Assembly (NCBI GenBank): GCA_951406725.2
Contig: OX597815.1
Span: 29,636,001 to 29,700,000, forward strand
DNA length: 64,000 nucleotides
Source: Octopus vulgaris
Taxonomy: Eukaryota
Direction: 5' to 3'
The notes beneath the pieces are model-generated. The model was not told the origin of the DNA and searched no databases. It saw only the letters and a list, made by a program, of their open reading frames with translations. The position numbers were made by a program, and so were the translations under genes. Shown here in pieces: positions 12,874-26,570 of the stretch. Positions within the stretch are counted from its first letter, which is position 1; the number at the start of each line of letters is the position of its first letter.

Positions 12874-12983
12874 TCTTTATCTAAGTTGACATTATTCTCC
12901 AACATCTTTGACACAATGGAGGTCTGCTGATTTAGAATGGCATCATGTGCTGTTTGAAATTGTTGCTTCTGTTCCTCTTTTTC
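12874..12983 (-). CDS. EVC2: EVC2/limbin-like exon (EKEEQKQQFQTAHDAILNQQTSIVSKMLENNVNLDK-E)
   Basis: ttctag acceptor, GA|gtaagt donor, 110 nt, phase 0-2. Confidence 0.85.
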
Positions 12984-13947
12984 CTAGAATTATTTTGAAA
13001 AAAAATTGAAATTTTGAATAATAGTAGACCATTTTAGAATTCCAAAAGCAAAAAATAAGAAATTCAGGAAGAAAATGTGAATGTTTCGTATCGTTGTAAG
13101 TCTTGTGAGTGAAATCCAGTTGACAAAAACAGTTTGTTTAAAAGCTCGTCGCATGAATTATACCTGTGATTCAAACCAGGTGCGGCACGCTGATGGGTAT
13201 GATATGCTTTCGGGGCAGCCGTTTTGGCGTCACCTTAGCGTCGCTAATTCGACGATCACTTATTTGACATCAGGCGTTTTAATATTTCTTTCGTTTACTT
13301 TCCACACTCTCTCTGACTTGCTCTCTATCTGTATGTGCATATTTCTGTGTGTGAGTGTTTGTACGAGTGTGTGTGAGTGTGTGTGTGTGTGTATGCATGC
13401 GTACGCACGCATGCAGGTTTGTCTCCAAAGTCAAAACGTACTGTCGACAAAAGAGGTTGTCTATTCCGCCGTGCCAAATCATCAGCACCCAATCAGCCAC
13501 GTCCAATTGTCTCATTCAGTACGCTGGTTTTTCCTCTCGAAATACGTTAAAGGAAAAGGATGTTTGTAGAATGCTGAACCACTTCACACATTAATTCGGA
13601 GTCAGGTCATTCAGTTGATTGAAGAATAAAATATATAACGTCGGAATGGACGATGCACATATACACTGGTGTACACAAACGTGCGCGCTCACATACACAC
13701 ATCTCTCTCCTCTCCCTCTCTTTCTTTATGCATAACTGCATACCTAAGTTTGTATGTATATACATACATACACACGCACATATATATATACATATATACA
13801 TATATATATGTATGTATACATATATATATACATAATATATATATATATATATACATACATACATAAATACATACATACATACGCACACACACACACATAC
13901 ACATATAAATAGATGGAGTTAAACGCAGATGTTATACAAATTCTTTT

Positions 13948-14036
13948 ACTTCCGACACATGTTTCGAAGATATCACTGATATTATTCTAAAGGAATAAAA
14001 TGGTGTAAAACAATGTAATCTCCTCTTCAGGGAAGT
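13948..14036 (-). ncRNA. Type I hammerhead ribozyme motif downstream of a PLE ORF relic
   Basis: acttcc CTGAAGA ggagat...atcttc GAAAC atgt GTC ggaagt: canonical core, 6-bp stems I and II, palindromic ACATGT stem III. Confidence 0.8.
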
Positions 14037-14329
14037 GAAGAAATGAAACTCGTCAATAAGACATTTTAACAGAAAATAATGCATATGTATAGTGATCAAC
14101 TGAACGCTATTAAGTTTGTTTTAAAAAAAAACATTATAGGATATAACGTCAAAGGTAGCCTATAGAAAGAGGAGGGATAAAGGAAAGAAAAACTAAATAA
14201 ATGAGAAGTATATAACAATATGTATATTAAATAAAACCATACAGACTTGGAAAAATATATATCTAGTGAATGTGAAATGTAAGAAGAAAATTAATGTTTA
14301 AATTATATATAATGATAGATATTACTTAT

Positions 14330-15060
14330 ATGAACTAAAGGTGTGTTCTGCCAATGTTCATATCGGTATGCACGCTCTATAACAGTGTTTACAAGGGGAT
14401 TATAGATAAACGAATAAAAAATAGCTCAGAATTACAGAGAAGACAGAATTCCTTGCCTTTGTCATAAGGTATCGAGATTGAGAGCATCAACTAATCCAAA
14501 TTAAATTGTTTATTGTGGACTTTTAGATCCCAAATTAATTTACTAAGTCCTGTACTGCTACATTTATTCCTATCCTAAATGTAGAGTAATGGTTAGAAAT
14601 TCTTTTAGATAACTGAGATGTGCTTCATATATAAAAATACACTTCATTACCAGTAGTAATTTTACACTGGTATATAGAATTTTTAATCTTAGAGTTACTT
14701 GACATAAACTTGATTCTGTTGTAATTGACTTGAGATACAATAACCTTGTTATTAATATTTCTTGGGGGATGAATGGTATTAGCTAAATTAATGTTAGTAT
14801 TAGTAAATGTATCAATATTTAACAGGTTAATATTATGTGAAGAGATAATCTGTAAGAGATTTTTTGTGTTGGAAAAAACAATCCTAACCGAGTGTGAGTT
14901 GATAATAGAATATAACCTAGAATTGTTTGGAAAATTCCCAATAATAGCTTCACGAAACTGCAAAGGAAGATTAGATTTAATTTACCTCCCGTATGGAATA
15001 ATTAACCAAATGGTTTTACTATTAGTTATCTTATTTTTAGTGTAATTACACTAAAAGTAA
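14330..15060 (-). pseudogene. Penelope-like element ORF relic (RT-EN linker + GIY-YIG endonuclease)
   Basis: WLIIPYG...NFPNNSRLYSIINSHSVRIVFSNTKNLLQIISSHN, then IYQCKI...YFYI*ST...KRISNH; stops and frameshifts. Confidence 0.75.
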
Positions 15061-15756
15061 AATAATTAATAGTAAAACCATTTGGTCAAACTGTTAACAG
15101 AAATTCTTTAATGAAAAATATCATATCTTCCAAAATGTCTGCCCTAATTTCCTAAAACTTCTTAATAATGGTCAACATATATATGTTATTAATACTTGAA
15201 AGTTTCAACTCTTAACTCTTTTGCAAAAGTAAAATATTATAAAATATATGAAAGTGGTTTAATAGCAATTCAAAGTAATGTCTTCAAAATTGAGCGTTTA
15301 TTTTGATAAAATAATATATGAGATTAATTCATATTTCATATGTTATGGTTATGTACTAATGGTGAATGAAAGGGGTATTTATCAGGAATATTTACAAGCA
15401 ATTAAAGAAGAAAAGAAAAACAATTTCGTTTTTGATTTTTTCACTATATTAGGACTTTTTATATAATTTGACACGCCTAATTAAAATGCTAATTTATGCG
15501 CATTTTGATCAAGAATTAATTTGTTTTTTACATCAAACGAAAATTTGTATACTCAGCTACAACAAACAGCAAAAAAAAATGCATTTTCATCAAGTTTTTT
15601 CAATTTGCCCGTTACGCATTTGGGTACCCTAATTGTGCTATCGATTACATACATGGGTACATACATACATACATACATACATACATACATACATACGTAC
15701 ATACGTACATACATACGTACGTACATATATACATACGCACATGCATACATATGGAA

Positions 15757-15822
<66 letters not shown>

Positions 15823-16753
15823 GTATGTGTAAATCGCCGAAAGATGTAAACATCACTATGAAAATTGAAATAAACATTACTAGGGGAGAAAATATCCTTT
15901 CATATTTGTTCTACCCACGTTGCACAAACATATCATTTCGACTCTTATCAGAAACTCAGTGAACTAGTGATTAACTTGCTGGAAACATATAATTAACGAC
16001 GCTATTGTTCACAAAATGCAATAAGATATAATGTAAAATAAAAATAAATATGCAACAGAACTTACAGCTTCAAATTAATGCAAGGTCGATTTCTATGGTT
16101 TACTCTTTGTAAAGCTGATAAGGTCGTATGGTGGATTCTGACGATTGTCTTGTTAATTATTTCCATAACAATCTGACCAAGTTTGTGCAGTAATGGTGAA
16201 TGCTATTATCTCACGCGAAACACACACTCATACACACTCACAAGTACATGTACACACATACATTCACGCGCACACACTCGCATACGAATATAATTAAAGA
16301 GGGAGGTAATAAAAGTCACTTAACAATGAAAAGTCAGAGAAATATAAATTTATTCTATATTTCGGTATTAATAAATCATAATCTTAAAAATATTTCACTT
16401 CAAGATTAGAGCTTGCAAAAGCTGAAATCTAGAATATATTTTCTTTTCTCTAGTTTTGCGTTGATAAACGGCTTCTATTAGCTCCCTATCTATGCACTTG
16501 AATAACAACATTTTAAGTAAATTACAATGCTACAAAGTTTCTGTGTGTGTATGTGGGTGGGTGGGTGGGTGGGTGTTGGGTGGGAGGCTTGACAAATACT
16601 ATCTCGAATAGCATTTTGCTTTATCGATCCATAGCCTTGACTGGATTTCATCAACGCAAGGTATTTTGAATGGTGATTTATCAATTCTGCTATCTATCGC
16701 CTTACGATATATAATATAATATAATATAATATAATATAATATAATATAATATA

Positions 16754-16863
<110 letters not shown>

Positions 16864-16885
16864 GTGTATGTATACACACACACAC

Positions 16886-16930
<45 letters not shown>

Positions 16931-17109
16931 TTGCTCTTTCTTACGAAGTATATAGAACTGCTAAAAAGAAGTACTCGGGTCGAACCTGAGACAAAAGATA
17001 AGAATTAAGATATAAACACAAATTAGGTAATCATACTCATACATTTATAAATTCGACTTAAAATGCGTATACATATATTAATATATATCGACACATATGA
17101 ATATGAATA

Positions 17110-17433
17110 CCAGTGCGTAACTGGTACTTAATTTATCGACCCAGAAAGGATGAAAGGCAAAGTCGACCTCGGCGGAATTTGAACTCAGAACGTAACGGCA
17201 GACGAAATACCTATTTCTTTACTACCCACAAGGGGCTAAACACAGAGAGGACAAACAAACGGATTAAGTCGATTACATCGACCCCAGTGCATAATTGATA
17301 CTTAATTTATCGACTCAGAAAGGATGAAAGGCAAAGTCGACCTCGGCGGAATTTGAACTCAGAACGTAACGGCAGACGAAATACTGCTAAGCATTTCGCC
17401 CGGCGCGCTAGCGATTCTGCTAGCTCGCCGCCT
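17110..17433 (-). mobile_element. SINE family A with partial tandem duplication
   Basis: Two consecutive aaaggatgaaaggcaaagtcgacctcggcgg cores. Confidence 0.85.
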
Positions 17434-18209
17434 TCCACCGCCCAAAAAGCCCCAGGAAGGACCCCAAGAAAGACCCCAGAGCAAAGAGGTCACGCCACCA
17501 GCAACAACAGAAAAAAAGAAAGAAGACAATGAAAAGAACAACGAATGGTAAAATGGCTGGGAAAAGAAAGAGAAAGAAGAGAAAAAAGGCAATACTCGCC
17601 CACACCCTCTTTGCTCCATCCTCCCCCTAGAGATACCAAACCTGCCCTCCGACACAAAGAAGAGCACGCACACACAAGAACCCCCAAACTTCCCCTCCCT
17701 CGACCGAGGAAAAAGTAATTATGTAGCAATATATGATAAGTCAAATGAGGAACTCTACGAAGAAATGAGCACTTGGGAAGACACAATTACAGTGGGTACA
17801 AGTGCGTATATCAATATACAAGGGTGGTATAATTGCTTGCTGGTAACCCAGGAGCAATTATCAAAAATAATGGAATAAAGTATGGATTTAAATACTGGAA
17901 GATAAAAATGGACATAAGTGAGATATCATGCTATATAGACTATATGGACTTTCAAACGAAATATAAGATTGACATTTTTGCAGGAATGCAGATTAAAGTA
18001 AGGTATAAATGAAGCCGCTCGGAGGTGGGCCTGAAAAGCTTCATTACATTTTTCAGTTTTTCATTTCCATCTCATCTTGCTGTCATACGTTTTTCGTTTT
18101 TTTCTTCTTTGTATTTTGTCCCCACATGTTTTGTTTGTCCCCTCTTCGTTGGTCTTTTGTTGGTAATAAAAAAAAATCAAGTATCAAGAATGTAATTTTA
18201 TGAGGATAC

Positions 18210-18300
18210 CTTTCCTGACGAAGGGGACGTTGTCCACATGGTTTGTAAGATTTAATAATTTTTCTACTAGGACATGAGCTCTAGAAACGGCTGTTGAAAG
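18210..18300 (+). ncRNA. Degenerate type I hammerhead motif
   Basis: ctttc CTGACGA agggg..tgtcc...ggaca..ctcta GAAAC ggct GTT gaaag. Confidence 0.55.
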
Positions 18301-18633
18301 TGAACCTCCTCGAACTGTATTACATACCTTATATACCATTTATTTTAAAAAACCCACCCCGAACTCTATGGATCTTATAATCGAAACTCTTAACCGCTCT
18401 TAATTTCAGTACAAAAAAAGCAAAAAAACTTTTTCAGTTCTCTTTTTCTCACACGTCCTTCTATACGTATTCCGCAAGGGTTTACCTACATGTATTTTTA
18501 TGTATATATTTATATTTTGTGAATATTAAAAAAAATATTCATATGTGTCGATATGTATTAATATGTGTATACGTATTTTAAATCGAATTTATAAACGTAT
18601 GAGTATGATTGCCTAATTTGAGTTTATATCTTA

Positions 18634-18699
<66 letters not shown>

Positions 18700-18703
<4 letters not shown>

Positions 18704-19031
18704 GAAAATAAGGAAAATCAACGAAAATGCACATTGTAAATAAAAAAAGAAAAGGCTGAAAGGTAACGACAGGTATATACATTTAGATGGACTGAGGTAG
18801 TAATAACAGTAATAAAAGTCATTATTATGAGATGATTAAAGAGTCATAAAGCATACCATGGTTTCGTCATAAGCTTTATGACTCTTTAATCATCTCATAA
18901 TAATGACTTTTATCACTTTTATTACTACCTCAGTCCATCTAAATGTATATATCTGTCGTTACCTTTCATAAAAAGCCTTTTCTTTTTTTTATTTACAATG
19001 TGCATTTTCGTTGGTTTTCCTTATTTTCCCC
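18700..19031. repeat. Fold-back palindrome, ~150-bp arms, hammerhead half-site at the axis
   Basis: Arms 18700-18852 / 18871-19031 are reverse complements; minus strand of the centre reads gtcataaagcttatgac GAAAC catg GTA. Confidence 0.85.
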
Positions 19032-19098
19032 TTACATTTCCACGTGTATTGTCTATTTTCTTTTTGTAACATATTCCTACTATATATATATGTATTAC

Positions 19099-19166
19099 CT
19101 TCATTCGTTTTTCCATTTTCTCATTAAGTAGGTTTTCTTGTTCTTTCCGGAAACCTTCTTTTGATT
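19099..19166 (-). CDS. EVC2: EVC2/limbin-like exon (E-SKEGFRKEQENLLNEKMEKRMK)
   Basis: tttttaag acceptor, AAG|gtaata donor, 68 nt, phase 1-0, bridges 21050 and 12983 exactly. Confidence 0.8.
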
Positions 19167-19851
19167 CTTAAAAAGAAAAAAAATGCTTACATTATTGAAG
19201 AAATAATTTGCACGCTATACTTACCAAATATTAAACAACCGTGGCAAAAGTAAATGAGACGAAAATATCGTGAGTATTCAATGAATGAGTGAAAATAATC
19301 TGGTGGCATCAGGGGCCCAATATTATGGTCATCAGTGAAGACTTCACCTTCATTTAGTATGACAAATGTAAAACAGTCTTCTTCAGGATATCAATATAAG
19401 CGGGATAGCACTGCAAAGGGGAGTCAGAGGAGAGAAGAGAAGAGAAGAAAGAGAGGGAGAGGGGAAGAGAGACTATGAGCTGAAAAAGAAAGAAGAGTCT
19501 AGAATCTGAAATAACTAATGATGTTCTGTGTTGCAAAGTACGATATGTGCGTGTACCTCTCCTCACAGCATACGAAGGTATGTTGTTTTACGAATTTTAT
19601 TTACTGAAGTGTCAGCTATATCCCTCCAGTTTCCAGTACTGTCGATTCCCGTTGAAAAGAAACAAAAATTCTCACAAGCCTAGTTCATGTAATTGCTACG
19701 AAAGCAGCCTTGTAAGTAGCAATGAAAATCTGAGGAGTGTTTTGTTAGCTTGCTCTGTTGATAGAGACTCATGCCGCAAATAGAGTTTTGAGAAAGACAG
19801 ATTATATGCACCAAGTACGCCACTCGGTGTCCGTTCACTAAAACCGTATAT

Positions 19852-20181
19852 TGAGATCCCCTTCGGTCATGACTGACCGTGGGATTGCACCTAGAAAGTT
19901 ACCCTCCAAGGCACAAGTCCGGGCAAGGTTGTTTATGGAAAAGTAGCAATCGCCCATGCATACCGGCCTCCCCTCTCCACGCCACCTGTGTTATCCACGG
20001 GAAAGGCAACAGCAGCTACAGCTTGGCACCTGTGACGTCGCAACTCATTTCTAAAGGTGAATGAACTAGAGCAACGTGAAATAAAGTGTCTTGCTCAAGA
20101 ACACAACATGCAGCCCGGTCTGGGATTCGAAATCACAACCTCACGATCGTAAGCTCTAACCACTGAACCATGCGCCTTCAC
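19852..20181 (-). mobile_element. tRNA-derived SINE, family D
   Basis: ggcgcatggttcagtggttagagc head, ttcgaatccc B-box, ttgagcaagacacttt; aaaaccgtatat flanking duplication. Confidence 0.8.
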
Positions 20182-20821
20182 AAAACCGTATATTACCTCT
20201 AGTTAGTCAACGATTTGACAGTAACGGTTCTCTGATAAGATCTAGCAAGACAAAAAGGCCAGAGGTTATTATCATACTACCAAAATTCTTGCATTCTATA
20301 TTTAAATAATTTGATTTAATTTATTGGGTCACTGTCCCATTGTCGTTGTCTGGAATTAGAATTTCTTGGCTCACCGTATTCAGTATGCTAATATCCACTA
20401 GTATTCACATAACTAACTTTTACTAGATATACTACATGGAAAAGAAGACGTCATTGGTACTCTTTCAGTCCAAAGGTTTATTGGACTCACCGTCATTCAA
20501 TAGTCATCACATCTGAACGTCGAAAAACGGGGAATTATTCATAGTCAAAAAGTATTATGTAGAACTAAATGTAGAGCTTAATCCTTAGAAAAGGTAGAAG
20601 ATAGCATTAATTTGATGAATAGAACTAAGATATTGCCTGTAGTCTTTGATTAAGTTATATAAACTGTCTCAGTGGATTTTTCTAGAATATTGGCTACGGA
20701 CGCAGCATAACTTCATGATACAAAATGTGAAACTCATCAGCTTGTGGTCTCATACCTTATTGACCAGGCCAACATTGATTCTACTGAAGAACTTAAAGAA
20801 GACAATAACCTATTACCAGAG

Positions 20822-21035
20822 AAGGCGGCGAGCTGGTAGAATCGTTAGCACGTCGGAATAAATGCTTAGCGGCATTTCGTCCGTCTTTACATTTTGAATT
20901 CAGATTCTGCCGCGGTCGACATTACCTTTCATACTTTCAGAGGCGATAAAACAAATACTAGTTGAACACTGGGATCGATGTAATCGACTTACCCCTCCAC
21001 CAAAATTGTTGGCTTTGTGCCAAAAAATTTGAAAT
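20822..21035 (+). mobile_element. SINE family A (variant tail)
   Basis: aaggcggcgagctggtagaatcgttagc head. Confidence 0.75.
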
Positions 21036-21049
21036 AAATATTTAATTAC

Positions 21050-21191
21050 CAGAGATCTTAAGCTGTATTGCCTCCTTTTGGCTAAGCAATTTTTCCATGT
21101 CTTCTTCACTTGAATTTGCTTTCGTTTTTAGATTCTCGAACAAGTTTACTTCTACGTCTTGCAATTGCTTGGCATAAGAATCGCTAAGTTG
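21050..21191 (-). CDS. EVC2: EVC2/limbin-like exon (QLSDSYAKQLQDVEVNLFENLKTKANSSEEDMEKLLSQKEAIQLKIS)
   Basis: ttctag acceptor, G|gtaatt donor, 142 nt, phase 0-1. Confidence 0.85.
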
Positions 21192-21596
21192 CTAGAACAA
21201 GTCATTCGTAGATGCAGTATAAGAAGAGAGAGAGAGAGAAAGAAGACAAAAAGGAGAAGAGAAAGTTATGTTGCTTTAAAAATTCATATCTACATATGGA
21301 AAATAGTATGGCTAGTTACTGAAAATATTAATACAAAATATATTGAAGGTTCAATCATATATGTGACGATAATAACATTACATCTTTAAAACAATACTAT
21401 TGATGGAGTTGATGACAAAAGGCATTTGAAGGGAATAAGATAAACTAAACATAATTAATAAGGAAATAATAATCTTGGAATGTTTAATAAAAACAAGAAT
21501 ACTTCACTCGAACATAGTCGTGTCTTCAATATAATGATTGAAAGAAAAGCTGTTCCCTACACATACGTGCGCACCCATACACATGTAATTGAATAC

Positions 21597-21665
<69 letters not shown>

Positions 21666-21871
21666 TATATAGTACGCGTATGCCCGAAAGAAGTTAAATC
21701 CGCCCATTCTTGCTAAGCCGGTTTAGCCCCTCTCTCTCCATATATATATATATATATATATATACTTTGATACTTTGATAGGTTTCGGCCATTATTGGCC
21801 CAGGCCATGTCTAACTTAATAGCACCATATATGTATCTATATATATATATATGTATCTATATATATATGTA

Positions 21872-22030
<159 letters not shown>

Positions 22031-22582
22031 ATATACATGCACATACGCACACTGGAAAAAAATGTCCCTAACAGATATAAAACTAGGGCAACCGCGATTG
22101 GAATATATTTTAACTGATTTGATCTGGAGCTAAATTACAATCTGATGATTGCATAAAATTATATTTTTTCTTATCTGTATTGAAAACGATGCATCAGATT
22201 TAATCACGTTTGGAAAGCATGTCATTAAAATACATCCGGCCTTGAGACTCCAGCTCGGGAGTTCGGGAATTTTGAAAGAAAGAGTTACAACTATTCGAAG
22301 GTCAGCTGAGTGTCAGCCTGGTGGTAGTAGTACATGTGAAGGTTCCCAGTTATGAGTCAAATAGAAAAAAAAATAGCCCTGTGACTAAGACAGGATTCGG
22401 AGGAGAGCCAGCCCCTAGATATATGTCACATAGATGTATGTATTTGTTCCGATGTTCCATGAACTAGTATGCTTGCCTTGGGGTTAAATCTACCCTTGCC
22501 CCAAGCGTAATCTCATGAAGGCGGATGACTAGCAGAGTAAGCATACATATATACATATGTACATAAAGGTTTTTATCTATGC

Positions 22583-22675
<93 letters not shown>

Positions 22676-23004
22676 GCTAGGTAGTTAGTTAGCTATCTAT
22701 CTATATAAATACACACGCACACATGTTAACATCAACAACACAGAAATAATAGTTGTTTCTAATCTAGGTACAAACCCTGCAATTTTGAGGGCTGATGCCA
22801 TCTACCCCAGCACGTGGCTGGTACATTATTTTGTCGACCACGGAGGGATGAAAGGGAATGTCGACTTCGATTAGATTTGAAAACTGGATAAATGCCGCTA
22901 AGCGTTTTTTTGATGCTCTAACGTTTTGTCTATCAATCACCCTGTATTGTTTCTGATTTCGGCAAAAGGCTAGTAATTTTGATAGGAGGGGATTAAATAA
23001 TATC

Positions 23005-23402
23005 CTTCTCTACTCTAGGCACAAGGTCCGAAATTTTGGGGGAGGGGGCCAATCGAGTAGATCGATCCCAGTACGCAACTGGTGCTTAATTTATCGACCT
23101 CGAAAGGATGAAAGGCAAAGTCGACTTCGGCGGAATTTGAACTCAGAACGTAACGGCAAACGAAATACATATTTCTTTACTATCCACAGGGGGCTAAATA
23201 CAGAGAGGACAAACAAGGATAGACAAACGGATTAAGTCGATTATATCGACCCCAGTGCGTAACTGGTACTTATTTAATCGACCCTGAAAGGATGAAAGGC
23301 AAAGTCGACCTCGGTGGAATTTGAACTCAGAACGTAGCGGCAGACGAAATACCGCTAAGCATTTCACCCGGCCTGCTAACGTTTCTGCTGGCTCGTCGCC
23401 TT
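23005..23402 (-). mobile_element. SINE family A dimer
   Basis: Two tandem family-A cores. Confidence 0.85.
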
Positions 23403-23470
23403 AGGGGGAATTAAATGATATCATCGAAACTTGGTTCCAGAAAATGTAAATAAATTGATGGATTACTTAC

Positions 23471-23490
23471 CTTAAGATATGATTCAACCG

Positions 23491-23491
<1 letters not shown>
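23471..23491 (-). CDS. Candidate 21-nt micro-exon (TVESYLK) of the EVC2-like gene
   Basis: Perfect AAG|gtaagt donor, phase 0-0; the acceptor AG is the last unit of an (ATAG)n tract. Confidence 0.35.
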
Positions 23492-23552
<61 letters not shown>

Positions 23553-24261
23553 ATATCTATCTATCTATCTATTAAAAAAAATAACAAATGTCTTTAAGAA
23601 TAGTCTTTTAGAATATGAATTTCTCTATGACATAGTCACACACTCGTCAACGCATACATATATTCAAACAAGGAATTAAGCAGGCCTGTTTAGAACAAGG
23701 AAATTTTACGCAATATGATTTATGAGCATGAATTTTGGTTGTCTGTGAAAATAGAAACCGTAGATAAACCACTGTGCTTCGGCAGTTTGAGAGCAGAATA
23801 AGGCCGACTAGTTCTATTTCACATTGAAGACTTATCAGCAATCAGAAACCTCTGTCGTTCAGCAACCTAAGTTTAGAAGTGTATAGTTTCTTTTATAGCG
23901 ATATTGCATGCGATATGTTTAATAAGTTCACGCATTCTTCACATATATATGTTCAGTACATGTGTGGTGGGGGACAAGCTAATAAATCATTCCATCGCTA
24001 CTCATAGCTTCTCGCCACGTCCGATGACAATAGAATCACCAGCTTTGAACGTAGTCACTATCGTACTTTTCCTCCAAAAATAATCTCATACTCTACGTCT
24101 ATATATTGAGTGACTGGAATCAGTGAAACACACACACACACATGTATGTATTAACAGAAACACGATACAGTGTTTGGATAATTAGAAATGAGCAGTAACC
24201 TGGAGCATCGACCCAAATATTTACATTATCATTTTCTATTTATCTAATTTCTAACATATAT

Positions 24262-24409
24262 ATAGGCGTAGGAGTGGCTGTGTGGTAAGTAGTTTGCTTA
24301 CCAACCACATGGTTCCGAGTTCAGTCCAACTGCGTGGCACCTTGGGCAAGTGCCGACCAAAGCCTTGTGAGTGGATTTGGTAAACGGAAACTGAAATAGG
24401 CCCGTCGTA

Positions 24410-24483
<74 letters not shown>

Positions 24484-24590
24484 AGTACTAGGCTTCACAA
24501 AGAATAAGTCCTGCGGTCGATTTGCTCGACTAAAGGCAGTGCTCCAGCCTGGCCACAGTCAAATGACTGAAACAAGTAAAAGAGTAAAAG
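24262..24590 (+). mobile_element. tRNA-derived SINE, family B
   Basis: ggagtggctgtgtggtaagtag head, internal (TA)n, gaaacaagtaaaagagtaaaag tail. Confidence 0.85.
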
Positions 24591-24702
24591 GGAATACTCG
24601 TTGGTGTTGCTCAGTAGAATCGAATCTGAAACTACGTAGTTTTAAAACGAACTTGTTAAACATATCACTATGTTTTGGTTATTAATAAAATTTTGAAATT
24701 AC

Positions 24703-24857
24703 TTGAAGACTAGCATCGAAATTTTCAGTCTTTTCAGCTTGGAATTCTTCGAAATACGTTTTCTTTAGCTTTTGATGGTTTTCTTCTAGTTTCTGTAGAT
24801 GTTCATTACGCTTTTGGTTCAAATTATTGGTCAACGTGGTTAACTCCTGCGCAGCAT
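24703..24857 (-). CDS. EVC2: EVC2/limbin-like exon (N-AAQELTTLTNNLNQKRNEHLQKLEENHQKLKKTYFEEFQAEKTENFDASLQ)
   Basis: tttacag acceptor, CAA|gtaatt donor, 155 nt, phase 1-0. Confidence 0.85.
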
Positions 24858-25011
24858 CTGTAAACAAGAATAGAAATGATGTGTATGCAGTTCAGCCCCA
24901 CTGCACGGCACTTTGGGAAAGTGTCTTCTTACTAAGCCCCGGACCGACCAAAGCCTTGTAAGTTGATTTCAGAGACTGAAACTGGAAGAAGCCCGTCGAA
25001 TGTACATGTAC

Positions 25012-25084
<73 letters not shown>

Positions 25085-25089
25085 TATAT

Positions 25090-26287
25090 ATACAGCTGGA
25101 AAACTACTATAAAATAACTATACAGCTGGAAAACTACTATAAAATAACTTATACAGCTGGAAAACTACTATAAAATAACCACCATAGGACTGCAAAAATA
25201 TCTACTTCAGAAGGAAGGAAAACTGATCCAGATAGCGGCAAAACACGAGCAAAACAAAAAACTGTTCTCAGTATTTAAGGAAGCTGACAAATACAAACAA
25301 GAAATCATACCACCTAATAAACATGAAGCAGAAGAAGAAGAAGATGAAGAAACAACAAAAGCTATAAAACAAATGAAATCCAAACTAAAAATAGAACAGC
25401 AACGAACCATGATAAAACGATGGCAAGGAAAGCCCCTTCATGGTAAATACTGGACTAAACTAAACGCAAAAGATATAGACAAAGAAAAATCCCAGCAATG
25501 GTTGAGAAGCTCAGGACTCAAAGCAGAAACAGAGGGATTTTTAATTGCAGCACAAGACCAAAGCCTCCCCACCAGAAATTACCAAAAACATGTAATGAAA
25601 AGAAATATTACAAGTAACTGCAGAATATGCGGAGATGGACAAGAAACAATAAATCATATTATCTCTAGCTGCCCAGTCCTGGCTAAGAAGGAATATATTC
25701 ACAGACATGACAGAGTTGGAACCTACATACATTGGAAGCTATGCCAACATTATGGAATAACAACAGAAAAAAGATGGTATAGGCACACACCAGAAAAGGT
25801 CACAGAAAACGAGAAAGCAACCATACTCTGGGATATGCCGATACACAGAGATAGAGAAATGAAGGCCAACAGACCAGATATAGTTGTCAGAGATCATAAA
25901 GAAAAAAAATGCTTTCTAATTGATGTATCAATACCGGCAGATGACAACGTGTCTCTAAAAGAAATGGAGAAACTCTCAAAATACAAAGACCTGGAAATAG
26001 AGGTAACTAGAATCTGGAATCTGAAAACAGAAACAATTCCTATCATAGTAGGTGCATTAGGCATGATAAAAAAATATTCAGACAAATACATAACAAAAAC
26101 ACCAGGACTTACAAACACATATAACATACAGAAAATTGCACTACTAGGCACTGCACACATCCTACGCAGAACACTTTCCATACAATAACCATCAGAGCAT
26201 CACAACAAATCACAGCACATACCCAAGGCACACAGAGCTGCGCTCGGTAGTGAAGTGAAAGCACGCTATAAAAATAAAGCTACTGAA
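25090..26287 (+). mobile_element. 5'-truncated R4/Dong-type non-LTR retrotransposon; open frame 25151-26188 with CCHC finger + restriction-like endonuclease
   Basis: CRICG..ETINHIISSC, RHD, RPDIVV..LIDVSIP, EKLSKY motifs; flanked by (AAT)n on both sides. Confidence 0.92.
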
Positions 26288-26520
26288 TAATAATAATAAT
26301 ATGAGGGAATATTATTCCAAACTTACAGGGAAAAATTCAATTTAGAAATACTAAATTAAATTTCACAAAATATAATATTTATACGCTTTATTTATTATTT
26401 TGCACATTACTTAATCATCGTTATTTTTTATCTTATATCTAATCTTTCTATTATATATAATTTTCTAGATGGTGTAATTTAATTTTTCATTTTGAATTGA
26501 TAAAAGGTGTTTTTTTTCTA

Positions 26521-26567
<47 letters not shown>

Positions 26568-26570
<3 letters not shown>

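Noticed and set aside
16066-16172. Open minus-strand segment IVMEIINKTIVRIHH with gtaag donor
   Set aside because: Phase 0-2 would break the chain already closed by 19099 and 12983; not coiled-coil-like
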